13,979 bases of DNA from Oligoflexia bacterium (GCA_043732485.1 JAYTHP010000102.1:1-13979), one strand, 5' to 3'. Counted from the stretch's first letter, positions 1-8,692 are shown. Notes: generated from the sequence alone by a model not told the origin. A program made the numbers and translations.

Positions 1-1
1 C

Positions 2-2593
2 CAGAAAATCGCGCTTTTTGCTGCCCTGATTCCCGCTCCGCTGCCAGGGGCTGCGGCTTCCACCCCCCCTGGTTCGTCCCTCGCACAAGCGTAGACTCAT
101 TTCTCCAAGCGCTCAGCCCTGCAAGAAGCAATCATCGCGTTAAGCCAGCTTGAGAATTATTTGCCCAGCCCGCAAGAAGCGTTCAGCGGGGCTCACGCTT
201 CACCACTGCTCCTCCATCGGGGTGCAAGCCAGCGGATTTTGCGTGAGTTCATGCAGATTATCCTGCAAAATCGCGACCCTGCCGTTGCAACCCCGATCTT
301 AGACCACCCCCTGATCCGGGCGCGTCCGGCCGTCATGCACACCCTGCTCACGCTCACCTTGAAAGACGCCGTTTTGAGCAAGGACAGCAACAACAACAGC
401 AGCCAGACTCTTGGAAACGGAGAGGTTTTGGCGGCACTTTTAGCAAAATACGTCCCGTCGGAAGACGACTCGATCTCTTTTAGCGCAGGTGATTTACTAC
501 GCCAGCCTCAGTTTTTAGAAGCGATCCTGCTTGCGGCCTTAAAACAGTGGATGAAAACCCCCGCAAGCCAGCCTGAACTAGCAGAGCAACACGCCGAGTT
601 TTGTGAGCGTTTTCTCAAGCTATTCGCCCTTCCCGCATCCCCGCCGCTTGCAAGCGCCGACCAGCCCAGTGACCTTGCCCCCTCGTTAAACCGCAGGGCG
701 CGGCTTTATCAAGCAGGACTGGCTTTTCTTGAACACCTGCTCGGGATCACTCCCTTGCCCCGGGGCAAGGGGTTTCTCATACGGGCCACCCTAGCCGTGC
801 AATCCTCAAGCCGGCGCGCGCAGCTGCGACGACTGAGACGTTACTGAGGCTTTGAGCATCAAGGTGGCGGTGTTGGTGGCGGCATGGGCGTCATCTCTCA
901 CCCGCAACCCAACCCGGCAGCCACAAACCCTCCCACTGGCTGGCACCCACCGTACTCAGCAGGGGCCGCAGCCGGAACCGTCGCTCCGCCTCAGTCGCTC
1001 TCACTCCTCCGATTAACCTTACCCCCCACGTCGGCCTTCAGTCCCCTGCTGCAAGGCATTCATGATACGGCGCACCTGTAGGTTCAGCAATAATCCCCAA
1101 GAATTCAAGGACTTGAAGATTTAGCTGCGGCTAGTGCGACGGCTGCAGCCGCTCCCCGCCCTGCGAGATCACCCTCGCTGAGCAAGTCGCTTCCTCTTGA
1201 GCAGCACCCTCATCAACCTGCCGCCCCAACCCTCGCGCGGGAGACAAGAGCCGCAGTCCAGCACCGCGCGCCATCGCACCCTACCACCTCGTATGGCCCT
1301 CACTCAGCAGAAAACAGCCCCCTGAGCGCACTCGATGCGCAGCAGCTAGAAACCCTACAGGAAGTCTTGCAACTCTCACCCAGCTCCCCGCCTCCGGCAG
1401 CGACTTTTTCGGGAGCCATTGCCAAGATGGACCTCAACGAGCTGGAAGCAGCGCTCGTGCCGAAGTATCAAGCGACCCACCGTGAGCTCAACGCTCTTGA
1501 AGCAGAGCTGCAATAGAGTCAGTTCAAGGGAAGAAGGACTCACGACTTGCTGTCGCCCCAAGCCAACGCCCGCAGCGTGCAGGCCTATCACCAAGCGCTA
1601 GCCCGCTACGATAGCTTGTTCCAGAGGGTAAAAAGAGCCGAGGCTTGGGGGATCACAGAGCTCGGCGAGCCAGCAAACAGCCCAAAAAAGGAGTAACAGC
1701 TGCGCGCCCTCTTGCTGCTCATGCAGCGATCAGAACTCTGGAAGTCGGCTGGTAACTTTTTTTTCAATCAAGCACAATCGTATGCCGAGATCAGTCAAAC
1801 TCTGCACTTTGAGACGCTGCAAACCGGGATCACTGACTCTTTAGCGGTCTTGCCACCTACGACGACGACGACAGCCCTCAAACTGCAGTTTCAAAGCAAA
1901 GCAATAGCGGCGCTAGAAAAAACACTAGAACTTTACCAAGTCATGGGGGATGGTTTTGATTACACCGTCTACCCGCCCATCAAGCGCAGCCTGCAACCCC
2001 CTGAAGTCATCCAAGAGATTCATATTGACGTCACCCAAGCCGAACTCAAGGCAACGAGACAGTGGCTTACCCAGCTGTTGGAAGCCCCAGAGACGGGGAA
2101 AGCCAACGATCTCAACCGCCTCCTGAGCCAGGAAAAAGCAAGCTACTCTCGGATCTGGCGCACTGAAGAAAGCAAGCGGCACTTTGTCCCTGCGTCTTCT
2201 CCAAGTAGCGACCCTCAAGACGGCGGTGAGAAACCCGCAGAGGACAACACCAACGCTAAGGCGCAGTCCCCCGCGCAAGACAAAGCCCGAGTCGAGCACT
2301 TCAAAGCGCTCGGCCAGAGGCTTTTACTTTCGACTGGGAAGCATAGCGAGCTTGCCTGGTGGCTTGGCCGCTGCCATTTGCAGATAGCCGAGACTTTGAG
2401 TCGCTCTCAGCCAGCGCCTGGAGGCCAAGACCAGCCGCCCCAGTGGGTGGAAGCGCAAGAGGTTTTGCGGCAAGCAAAGCAAGTTTTTCAAAAACTTGAA
2501 ATCTGCGAGCTTGCCAATGCTGACTTGCAAACCCGCTTAAGAAGAGCGCGCGTGGAATGGGAATCACTGGAGCAACGGCTCTTTCAAGACTAA
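2..2593 (+). pseudogene. 5'-truncated, nonsense-disrupted paralog (A') of the 1038-aa protein at 10355..13471; shared N-terminal domain, linker and helical C-terminal domain
   Basis: Track ORFs 161..847, 884..1081 and 1712..2593 lie in one frame and align colinearly with gene A from its PKIALFAALIP motif (10901) to its end (LEQRLFQD* vs LEQKLFQD*). In-frame stops occur at 92 (TAG), 845 (TGA), 1079 (TAG), 1091 (TAA), 1514 (TAG) and 1694 (TAA), where A has CAG, CGA, CAG, GAA, CAG and CAA. Confidence 0.85.
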
Positions 2594-2861
2594 GTTGCCC
2601 GGCCCGGAGAACGCCAGAAGCGCGGCGACTCCTTGTTACGCTCACGCAGCAACTCATCACACGCAGCAAGCCTCTGGGCTAGCACCGTTTTGCAATGACA
2701 AAAAAAGCACACACGAGAGTGCAAACTGAGCGCCTTTGCCAGCTCTCAAAGACCCCAAGCTCAAGATCGTCTCAAGACGACGACTCAAAGAGGTGAGACC
2801 ACCCGCGCAGGGTGGTGGGCGGCAAGCGTTTTGGCGCTCACGGTTGCGACGCCCATTATGA

Positions 2862-2913
2862 TTACATTTTAATGTAAAAAAAAATTGACTCACGGCTTCA
2901 TTGCTGCTAGACC
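2862..2913 (+). promoter_or_regulatory. Sigma70-like promoter with upstream palindrome (copy 1, upstream of gene B)
   Basis: TTACATT-TT-AATGTAA (2862-2877, perfect 7-bp arms), 7-bp A tract, TTGACT (2885-2890), 17-bp spacer ending in TGC, TAGACC (2908-2913). The same architecture recurs four times in the window. Confidence 0.75.
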
Positions 2914-2990
2914 CAGTCTTCTTTCATACATCGCCGTTGCTAAATTTCATTGTTTTTCCAGTAGTATTTTCAGCAGTCGGAGTCTTTCAT

Positions 2991-3019
2991 TAGCAGCATC
3001 AGTAGCAGCATCAGTAGCA
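2991..3019 (+). repeat. Short tandem repeat (TAGCAGCATCAG) x2.4 in the presumed 5' leader of gene B
   Basis: Read directly: tagcagcatcag tagcagcatcag tagca. Confidence 0.85.
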
Positions 3020-3107
3020 AATGTTACTCGCGTCTTTCGCTTTGTTCACTCAACCGGAAGAAGCGAAAGCCGTTCAAGCCAAGAGCCCAAAAAGGAACCG
3101 TAACCCC

Positions 3108-6100
3108 ATGACGAATTCGATGACCCGCTCGCTTCGCACACCCCTATCCCCTTTGTCCCGGGTCCTCAGCCTCAAGCTTGAAGCAGCAGCAGGAAACCGC
3201 TTGGCTCGGGTTCCTAACAGCCTCCCCGGCAAGCCGAAGCACGGGGTGAAGGACTGCCGCCGGTTCTTACTCGGGGAGAGAGTGGCAGCTGTCATCGTCA
3301 TTCTAGCTTATGGGTGGAGTCCTCCAGCGCACGCCGCACCCGGCGTGAGCGGAGAGATGAGTGGGGACATGCCTGATCGATGGACACTTGAGGAGACACG
3401 GAGGTTAAGGTCTTTTCAAGAAGTAATGACTGATTCCGTCCTGGCTGACTTAGAGCAGGTCAGAGAACTGAGTGCAGCCCATGAAAATGCCATTGCTTTC
3501 TCTGTGTTTGCAAGCTTCAGGGCACTAAAGGGTGCTCCCAGCGATCCTGAGACCAGAGCACGCTTGCTCAATCAACTGGTTGAGGAGCTAACTTTTAACG
3601 TGCCTGCAAGCCGTCACCCAGCAGAATTGCGGGTCGTACGCTTACCCAAAATTGCTATTTTTGCGACGCAATTTCCTTCAGCCGCGGCGCCTGACGTTTT
3701 GTTCGGGTTAACCCGTCTTGAGCGCGATCTCACGTCACCTTCTAGTCCCAACGCTCTCCTTGCCACGAGGATTTTAAGGCACTTTATGCAGGCATTCCTG
3801 CAGGCTCGCGGGCAAAATAGCGCAATCGCGGTCTTAGGAGTCTTCTGGCTTAGGGATTATCCTGCAGTGCTCAAGGTCTTCCTGAGTGTGGTTTTTAAGG
3901 ACTCGGTGATCAGGCGATGCGTTCGCGACGAAGACCCGCAATTAGCCTCTCTTTTAAGCGCACTCCCTGGATTCCACCCAGGCGCTTACCAGCCCCTAGC
4001 AGGCGACCTGCTGCGCGATCGCCACTTTTTGGGCTCGACCCTTGCCGAACCGCTGGAGAAGTGGTTTCACCCGGCCACGAGCGTGCAGGCGGCCGATCAT
4101 CATGCTGATTTTTGTCAAGTCTTTTTCTCGCAACTCGACAAACTTTTTCCAGCAGGCGAAGCCGCGGAGATCTATCACGCGGGCTGGAAGGTCGTGGATG
4201 CGCAAAGCCAAAGTGCGCCGCGCGCTTCAAGCCGGCTTTTGACACGAGAGGAGCACGCGCTTCAAAGCATCTTTGCTGGGAAGCGTTCCGTCTACCAAGA
4301 CTTTGGCGCAGACTATCCTCCAGTCGCCACCCCTCACCCCTTAGCACTGACTCCTGGCAGTCCCCCCTGGGCTCAAGGTTCCGCAGGCCAAGCACCCACC
4401 ACCACTCAGGAAGCGCCGCTTGATCGACAAGCCAGGCAGGCAGCAAGCACCAACCCGCCTTTGCCACCCGCTGCTGCTGCTGGAAGTCATCCGCTAGCGC
4501 TGCAACATCTTCCTTCTTTGACGTTACCGCCCACTTCTCCTACTCCTGCACCGTCTACTGCGGCTGCATCAGGGTCAGGTTCAGGCCCAGGGTCGCTTGC
4601 AGGACTCACTTTCGCGACCACTCAGCAAGCGCCGCACTCCACCTCCCTGCCGGCAGCAAGCGGCGGAGAGGCAAAGCGCTACCCCACGCGGAAGCGAAAA
4701 TCCCCTATTCCACCCAGCTCCCCGACTTCCACCGCTCAGGACCCGCTCGCCCTAGAGAGACTGAAAGAGCTGCTTGCCGAGGAAGAACGAGAGGAAGACG
4801 CGAAGTTAGAGGTCAAGGAAAGTGGTTTTTTGCAAAAGATGCAAATCCATGGGCAAAATGGGCTTTACGCGAAGGTGCCGCTTAAAAAGGGAGCCCTCAT
4901 TGGCTACTACCGCGGTATCATCTTCAACACCTTCGGTGACCGCGACGCAAGAATTGACGCGCTCTTGCAGAAACTGTCGCCCGGGGAACGCGCAGGGTGC
5001 GACGATAGTTACCTCCTCGACGTGATGGACCCCAAAAAACCAACTAAATTGGAGTATCTGATCGATGCCTTCTTTAAAGGCTTCGGGAGTAGTCGGCGCA
5101 GCCGCGCTGCGATAGCTAACCATGACTGTGATGACGATAACAGCGACTGGAGGGTTCAAAAAGTTGAGGAATCGCAAAACAATGACCTGCTTTTCCCGCG
5201 GGGCTACTCAGCTGGGGTTTACGCGACACGGGACATTGCAGCTGGCGAAGAAATCCTCGTCGATTACGGTCCAGGCTACCATGAGGCTTTAATTAAAAAA
5301 CATCCAGATTATAAAAAGTTCGTCGACGAGCGTGACAAAGCCAAGACTTTGCCGACCGATTTATCAACCCAGCTACCTTCTAATGATGATTTTATGCATC
5401 TCCTCGCAGCAGAAGCAGCTAAATTGCAGGAGAAAGACGCGAGCCTTGACGGCGCAGAGTCGGTGCCTCCCACCGCTCAAGCGCCCCGGCAGTATCAGCC
5501 AGCTCCCGCAGCACACTCAGCCCCGTCCGGTGGAGCGAGGGTTCAGTCTGCGGGCGCTGCCGAAAAGCCCCATCCTCGTTTGGCGCAGGGACAAACCGCG
5601 CCAGAGCGTTCTGCTCCGGGTGGCTTTCCAAGCGGCGCCGCTCCAGACGAGACACAGTTTGAGGCTAGTCAGGGAGCCCTCCCACCCACGGGTCAGCAGC
5701 CTTCAAGGAGAGAGGCTTTGAGAGAGCGTTTCTATCAACTCTTAACGGAAGCAGCCCCTGGAACAAGTGACGAGGGTCAAACAAACCTAACGAACTTAAC
5801 GAACCTAATGGCGCTCACCGAACTGCAGAAAGAATTTACTAAAGAGCTCAAAGCTGCCCAGAAATCTGCCACGGCGCAATCAGCAAAAGAGACTCTCATG
5901 CCAGACAAGGTCATTCGAGGCTATGATCGGTCGCTGGTCCACTGGCGACGGCTTGAACGCCTGGTGCAGCGCGCGGAGCAATGGAGTCAAAATCTGGGCA
6001 CTGAGACGTTGAGTGCAGAGGAGGAAATCCGCTTAGTGAAACTGTTCAGTGACATGAAGGCCACCAATATTTGGGAGAAAATTGGCAATACGCTTTATAA

Positions 6101-6896
6101 TCAGGCTAACGCTTATGAGGGGCTCGGTGAGCTGATTCCTTATACTGCACAGCTGACAGGGAGCAAGACTGCCACGCCCTTAAAACAGGACTTCCTTCAA
6201 AAGGCCGTTCGCGTTTTAGAGGAAGCGCTGGCGAATTACCATCTGATGTTGGGCGTTTTTGCGACTCCCCTTCATCCACTCATTAGTCGAAGCGGGGAAT
6301 CTCCTGCCACGATCAAAGAACATTTGCAATGCACCGAGCGCGAGCTCGCCGAGGGGAAAGCCCGACTACAAAAACTCCAGCATAATCTCGCAAAAGGGGT
6401 CGAGGAAGACCTGAACGACCTCGTCAAAAAAGCCGGCAAAGCTCTTCACTGGATCGTGCAACGCGCCCAACTCCGGGGGAGTGTCGCTTCTACGGGAGGT
6501 ACCAGGAACCAAGTAGAAGGGCAAGAAGTGGATCTCACTTCAGACGCCCCTCCCTTTTTCCTAGAAAGAACTCTCCTAGAACCTGCCGCAGCCCACCGCT
6601 TGTTGAATGAGCTAGTTGACATGCTTCTCACTTCTGCTAAGCACCGCGAGGAGCTACTTTGGTCGATAGGTCAGTGCTACTTAGTGCAAGCCACGCTTTT
6701 AAACCAGAAGCAGGACCTCTCCGCCCACCAGCAGCAGTTAGGGATAACCATGCTCCGTAAGGCTGATGTCTTTTTTAGCAGGCTGAAGAACAAAGAAGCG
6801 ATCAGGATCAGGTGGCAGGCGCTCTTAAAAAAAGTGGAGAAGATCACCGAGCCTTTGAGAGTTCGCTTCTCGCCACCCCAAGCCCCGGGCGCCTAG
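3108..6896 (+). CDS. Large putative secreted SET domain-containing protein (gene B): long signal peptide, family N-terminal domain, low-complexity linker with NLS-like motif, SET lysine methyltransferase domain, linker, helical TPR-like C-terminal domain
   Basis: Uninterrupted ORF, longest form 3021..6896 (1291 aa). ATG 3108 is preferred because of AAGGA about 10 nt upstream and MT.. starts in the paralogs; 3021 and 3120 are alternatives. SET motifs GLYAK, GALIGYYRG, LIDA, ANHDC and GVYATRDIAAGEEILVDYG are present. Signal-like segment VAAVIVILAYGWSPPAHA|A. Confidence 0.9.
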   Translation: MTNSMTRSLRTPLSPLSRVLSLKLEAAAGNRLARVPNSLPGKPKHGVKDCRRFLLGERVAAVIVILAYGWSPPAHAAPGVSGEMSGDMPDRWTLEETRRLRSFQEVMTDSVLADLEQVRELSAAHENAIAFSVFASFRALKGAPSDPETRARLLNQLVEELTFNVPASRHPAELRVVRLPKIAIFATQFPSAAAPDVLFGLTRLERDLTSPSSPNALLATRILRHFMQAFLQARGQNSAIAVLGVFWLRDYPAVLKVFLSVVFKDSVIRRCVRDEDPQLASLLSALPGFHPGAYQPLAGDLLRDRHFLGSTLAEPLEKWFHPATSVQAADHHADFCQVFFSQLDKLFPAGEAAEIYHAGWKVVDAQSQSAPRASSRLLTREEHALQSIFAGKRSVYQDFGADYPPVATPHPLALTPGSPPWAQGSAGQAPTTTQEAPLDRQARQAASTNPPLPPAAAAGSHPLALQHLPSLTLPPTSPTPAPSTAAASGSGSGPGSLAGLTFATTQQAPHSTSLPAASGGEAKRYPTRKRKSPIPPSSPTSTAQDPLALERLKELLAEEEREEDAKLEVKESGFLQKMQIHGQNGLYAKVPLKKGALIGYYRGIIFNTFGDRDARIDALLQKLSPGERAGCDDSYLLDVMDPKKPTKLEYLIDAFFKGFGSSRRSRAAIANHDCDDDNSDWRVQKVEESQNNDLLFPRGYSAGVYATRDIAAGEEILVDYGPGYHEALIKKHPDYKKFVDERDKAKTLPTDLSTQLPSNDDFMHLLAAEAAKLQEKDASLDGAESVPPTAQAPRQYQPAPAAHSAPSGGARVQSAGAAEKPHPRLAQGQTAPERSAPGGFPSGAAPDETQFEASQGALPPTGQQPSRREALRERFYQLLTEAAPGTSDEGQTNLTNLTNLMALTELQKEFTKELKAAQKSATAQSAKETLMPDKVIRGYDRSLVHWRRLERLVQRAEQWSQNLGTETLSAEEEIRLVKLFSDMKATNIWEKIGNTLYNQANAYEGLGELIPYTAQLTGSKTATPLKQDFLQKAVRVLEEALANYHLMLGVFATPLHPLISRSGESPATIKEHLQCTERELAEGKARLQKLQHNLAKGVEEDLNDLVKKAGKALHWIVQRAQLRGSVASTGGTRNQVEGQEVDLTSDAPPFFLERTLLEPAAAHRLLNELVDMLLTSAKHREELLWSIGQCYLVQATLLNQKQDLSAHQQQLGITMLRKADVFFSRLKNKEAIRIRWQALLKKVEKITEPLRVRFSPPQAPGA
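4806..5279 (+). other. SET domain within gene B (SAM-dependent protein-lysine methyltransferase fold)
   Basis: Canonical SET motifs occur in the right order: GLYA, GxxIxxYxG, IDA, NHDC (NHSC-like) and DIAAGEEILVDYG (GEELxxDY with the catalytic Tyr). There is no Cys-rich post-SET cluster. Confidence 0.9.
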
Positions 6897-7005
6897 CGTA
6901 TCGAGCTCCGCTCGGCGATCATCCGAAACCTTTCCAAGGCAGACGACGCTCCGCAGCTCTCAGAACCGCAGGCTCTCCTCTTGCCACTTATTTTGCAAAC
7001 AAAGA

Positions 7006-7057
7006 TTGCAATTTAATGTAAAAAATAGTTGACTCTGGCCTCTCAGCCTGCTAGCTC
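7006..7057 (+). promoter_or_regulatory. Sigma70-like promoter with upstream palindrome (copy 2, upstream of gene B')
   Basis: TTGCAATTTAATGTAA (7006-7021), 7 bp, TTGACT (7029-7034), 17-bp spacer ending in TGC, TAGCTC (7052-7057). Confidence 0.72.
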
Positions 7058-7282
7058 ATGGTAATTCAATTTATTGTCATTTAATTTAAGTTCTACGACT
7101 TGTCAGGAAAAAGGACTAAAAAAAATTAGGAGGCTTGGCGTTCTTGCAATCCCCCGCCAACTGAAGGGTGGTGGGTAGCCGCTAGGTCCCTGAAGCTCCA
7201 AAACTCAAAGAAAAAAGCAATGAAAGCCGCAAAGAAGGAATGATCCCGGAGCACCGCGCCTCAAAACCACTCCGAGATCTTA

Positions 7283-8647
7283 ATGCAAAGTAAGAGAAAG
7301 ACTGGAAAACTCATGACCATCCCGCTTCGCCCACCGCAAACCCTGCAACCCTTCAGCTTCAACTTGAGGCCACCCGCTTCCCGCTCAGGCCAGCGCTTAC
7401 AACACGGTTTGCAAGGAAATCAGTGCTGGGTGAGTGGCTTACTTTTACTCACGTTGTGCTGCGGTGGGGCGCAAGCCGCCCCTTTACCTGAGCAAGGAGG
7501 CGAGGCTGAGGCGCTTACGCTGCGGGAGTGCGGTTTGGGGGATTTTGCGGCAGTAAAAGAGGACCTTACTTTAAACCCAGCCACCCACGCGGCGCTGGTT
7601 TCTGCGCTGCTTGAGAGTTTTCGTGAGCTTCAGCACGATCCCCTGGAGCCAGCAACCAGAGCAAGAGTGCTCCAAGCCTTGGTCAGTGAGTTTCACTTCT
7701 TCACTTACACCGGCAACCCACAGCAGGAAGCTCGGGCCGCGCGAACACCAAAAATTGCTGTTTTTGCAGCAGAATATCCGCTCACCGAGACAGAGCGCGT
7801 TCTTTACGCCTTAAGCCGTCTTGAGCGCGATTTGGCTCCTCCGCAAGAGCCTGAAGGCGACGGCCCGCATCAAAACTCCAGCCGTCCCAACCGCCTCCTG
7901 GCTGAGACGATTTTAAGGCACTTCATGCAGGCCATCCTCCAGACTCGCGGTCCACAACGGGCACTTAAAATCCTGCAGCACTGCTGGCTGCAGGATCGCC
8001 CCGAAGTACTGAAACGCTGGCTGCAAGTCACCTTGCAAGACGCGGTGATCAGGAGCTGTGCAAACCAGGAGGACCCGCAGTTAGCCGATCTTTTTAGCAC
8101 GCTGCCGGCTTCTGACCCCGGTTTTGATGCAGCTGCCGCGGGAGATCTGCTGCGCCATCCCGACTTTTTAGCCGCAACCCTGAAGGAACGACTGCAGGCA
8201 TGGTTCTCGCCCACGACCGCCTCGCCTGAGGCCGAGCGCCACGCTGAGTTTTGTCGGGTCCTGATCCAACACCTCCCGCAGATCGTTCATGAAAGCGAGC
8301 AGGCAAGCAGCGTCTATCGACAGGGTCAGCATTTTGTGGAGCGCCAAGTGCAAAACTTCCTGCCTGACAGCAGGGCGCTTTCTATCGAGCAGCGAACGCT
8401 TCGGCGGGCTTTGCACATGAAAGTCGGGGCTTACCAATACTTTGGCTCTCAGACCTTCCCACAAGCTCGTTTAGAGTTACCTCCCCACCAAGCCCAGGGC
8501 GGCGGCGAGGTCCAGGATCAGGGAGAACACGCGGCAGCCAATCAGCTTGAGCACCACGTGCATTTTGACGCTCCGTCCTCCATGCAAGCCAGACAAGCAA
8601 GCACCAGCGACTTACCTGCGGCCTCAGCCAGTCTACCGCCTCCTTAG
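7283..8647 (+). CDS. N-terminal part of paralog B': signal peptide, family N-terminal domain and start of linker (ends at a probably premature TAG)
   Basis: 454-aa ORF (alternative start ATG 7313, MTIPLRPP) with LLLLTLCCGGAQA|A. Clearly homologous to gene B: PKIAVFA, LSRLERDL, ILRHFMQA, DAVIRSC..EDPQLA, AGDLLR, HAEFC, YQYFG. Confidence 0.8.
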   Translation: MQSKRKTGKLMTIPLRPPQTLQPFSFNLRPPASRSGQRLQHGLQGNQCWVSGLLLLTLCCGGAQAAPLPEQGGEAEALTLRECGLGDFAAVKEDLTLNPATHAALVSALLESFRELQHDPLEPATRARVLQALVSEFHFFTYTGNPQQEARAARTPKIAVFAAEYPLTETERVLYALSRLERDLAPPQEPEGDGPHQNSSRPNRLLAETILRHFMQAILQTRGPQRALKILQHCWLQDRPEVLKRWLQVTLQDAVIRSCANQEDPQLADLFSTLPASDPGFDAAAAGDLLRHPDFLAATLKERLQAWFSPTTASPEAERHAEFCRVLIQHLPQIVHESEQASSVYRQGQHFVERQVQNFLPDSRALSIEQRTLRRALHMKVGAYQYFGSQTFPQARLELPPHQAQGGGEVQDQGEHAAANQLEHHVHFDAPSSMQARQASTSDLPAASASLPPP

Positions 8648-8692
8648 CTCCCCTCTCCCCACGCCACTCCCAGGCTTGGCTTTAAAGTCCTC

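Larger units (their letters stand above)
1..2913 (+). repeat. Copy 1 of a diverged direct repeat of about 2.9 kb (gene A-type body, downstream intergenic region and promoter)
   Basis: Nucleotide-level alignment by eye with about 10900..13749. Examples: aaaatcgcgctttttgc at both starts, gactaagttgccc after both stops, and tttaatgtaaaaaaaaattgactcacgg in both promoters. Confidence 0.9.

Noticed and set aside
2862..2877. Assignment of the palindrome to a known regulator (CRP TGTGA-N6-TCACA, FNR TTGAT-N4-ATCAA, GacA TGTAAG-N6-CTTACA, CtrA TTAA-N7-TTAA)
   Set aside because: The half-site sequence or orientation does not match. The GacA-like half sites are in the opposite arrangement. Left unassigned.
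92..8647. Stop-codon reassignment (TAG/TAA read as Gln) to explain the internal stops
   Set aside because: All three stop types occur internally, including TGA for Arg and TAA for Glu. The intact Gln-rich genes A and B have no internal TAG or TAA in more than 1000 codons each, and they end in TAA and TAG at comparable positions.
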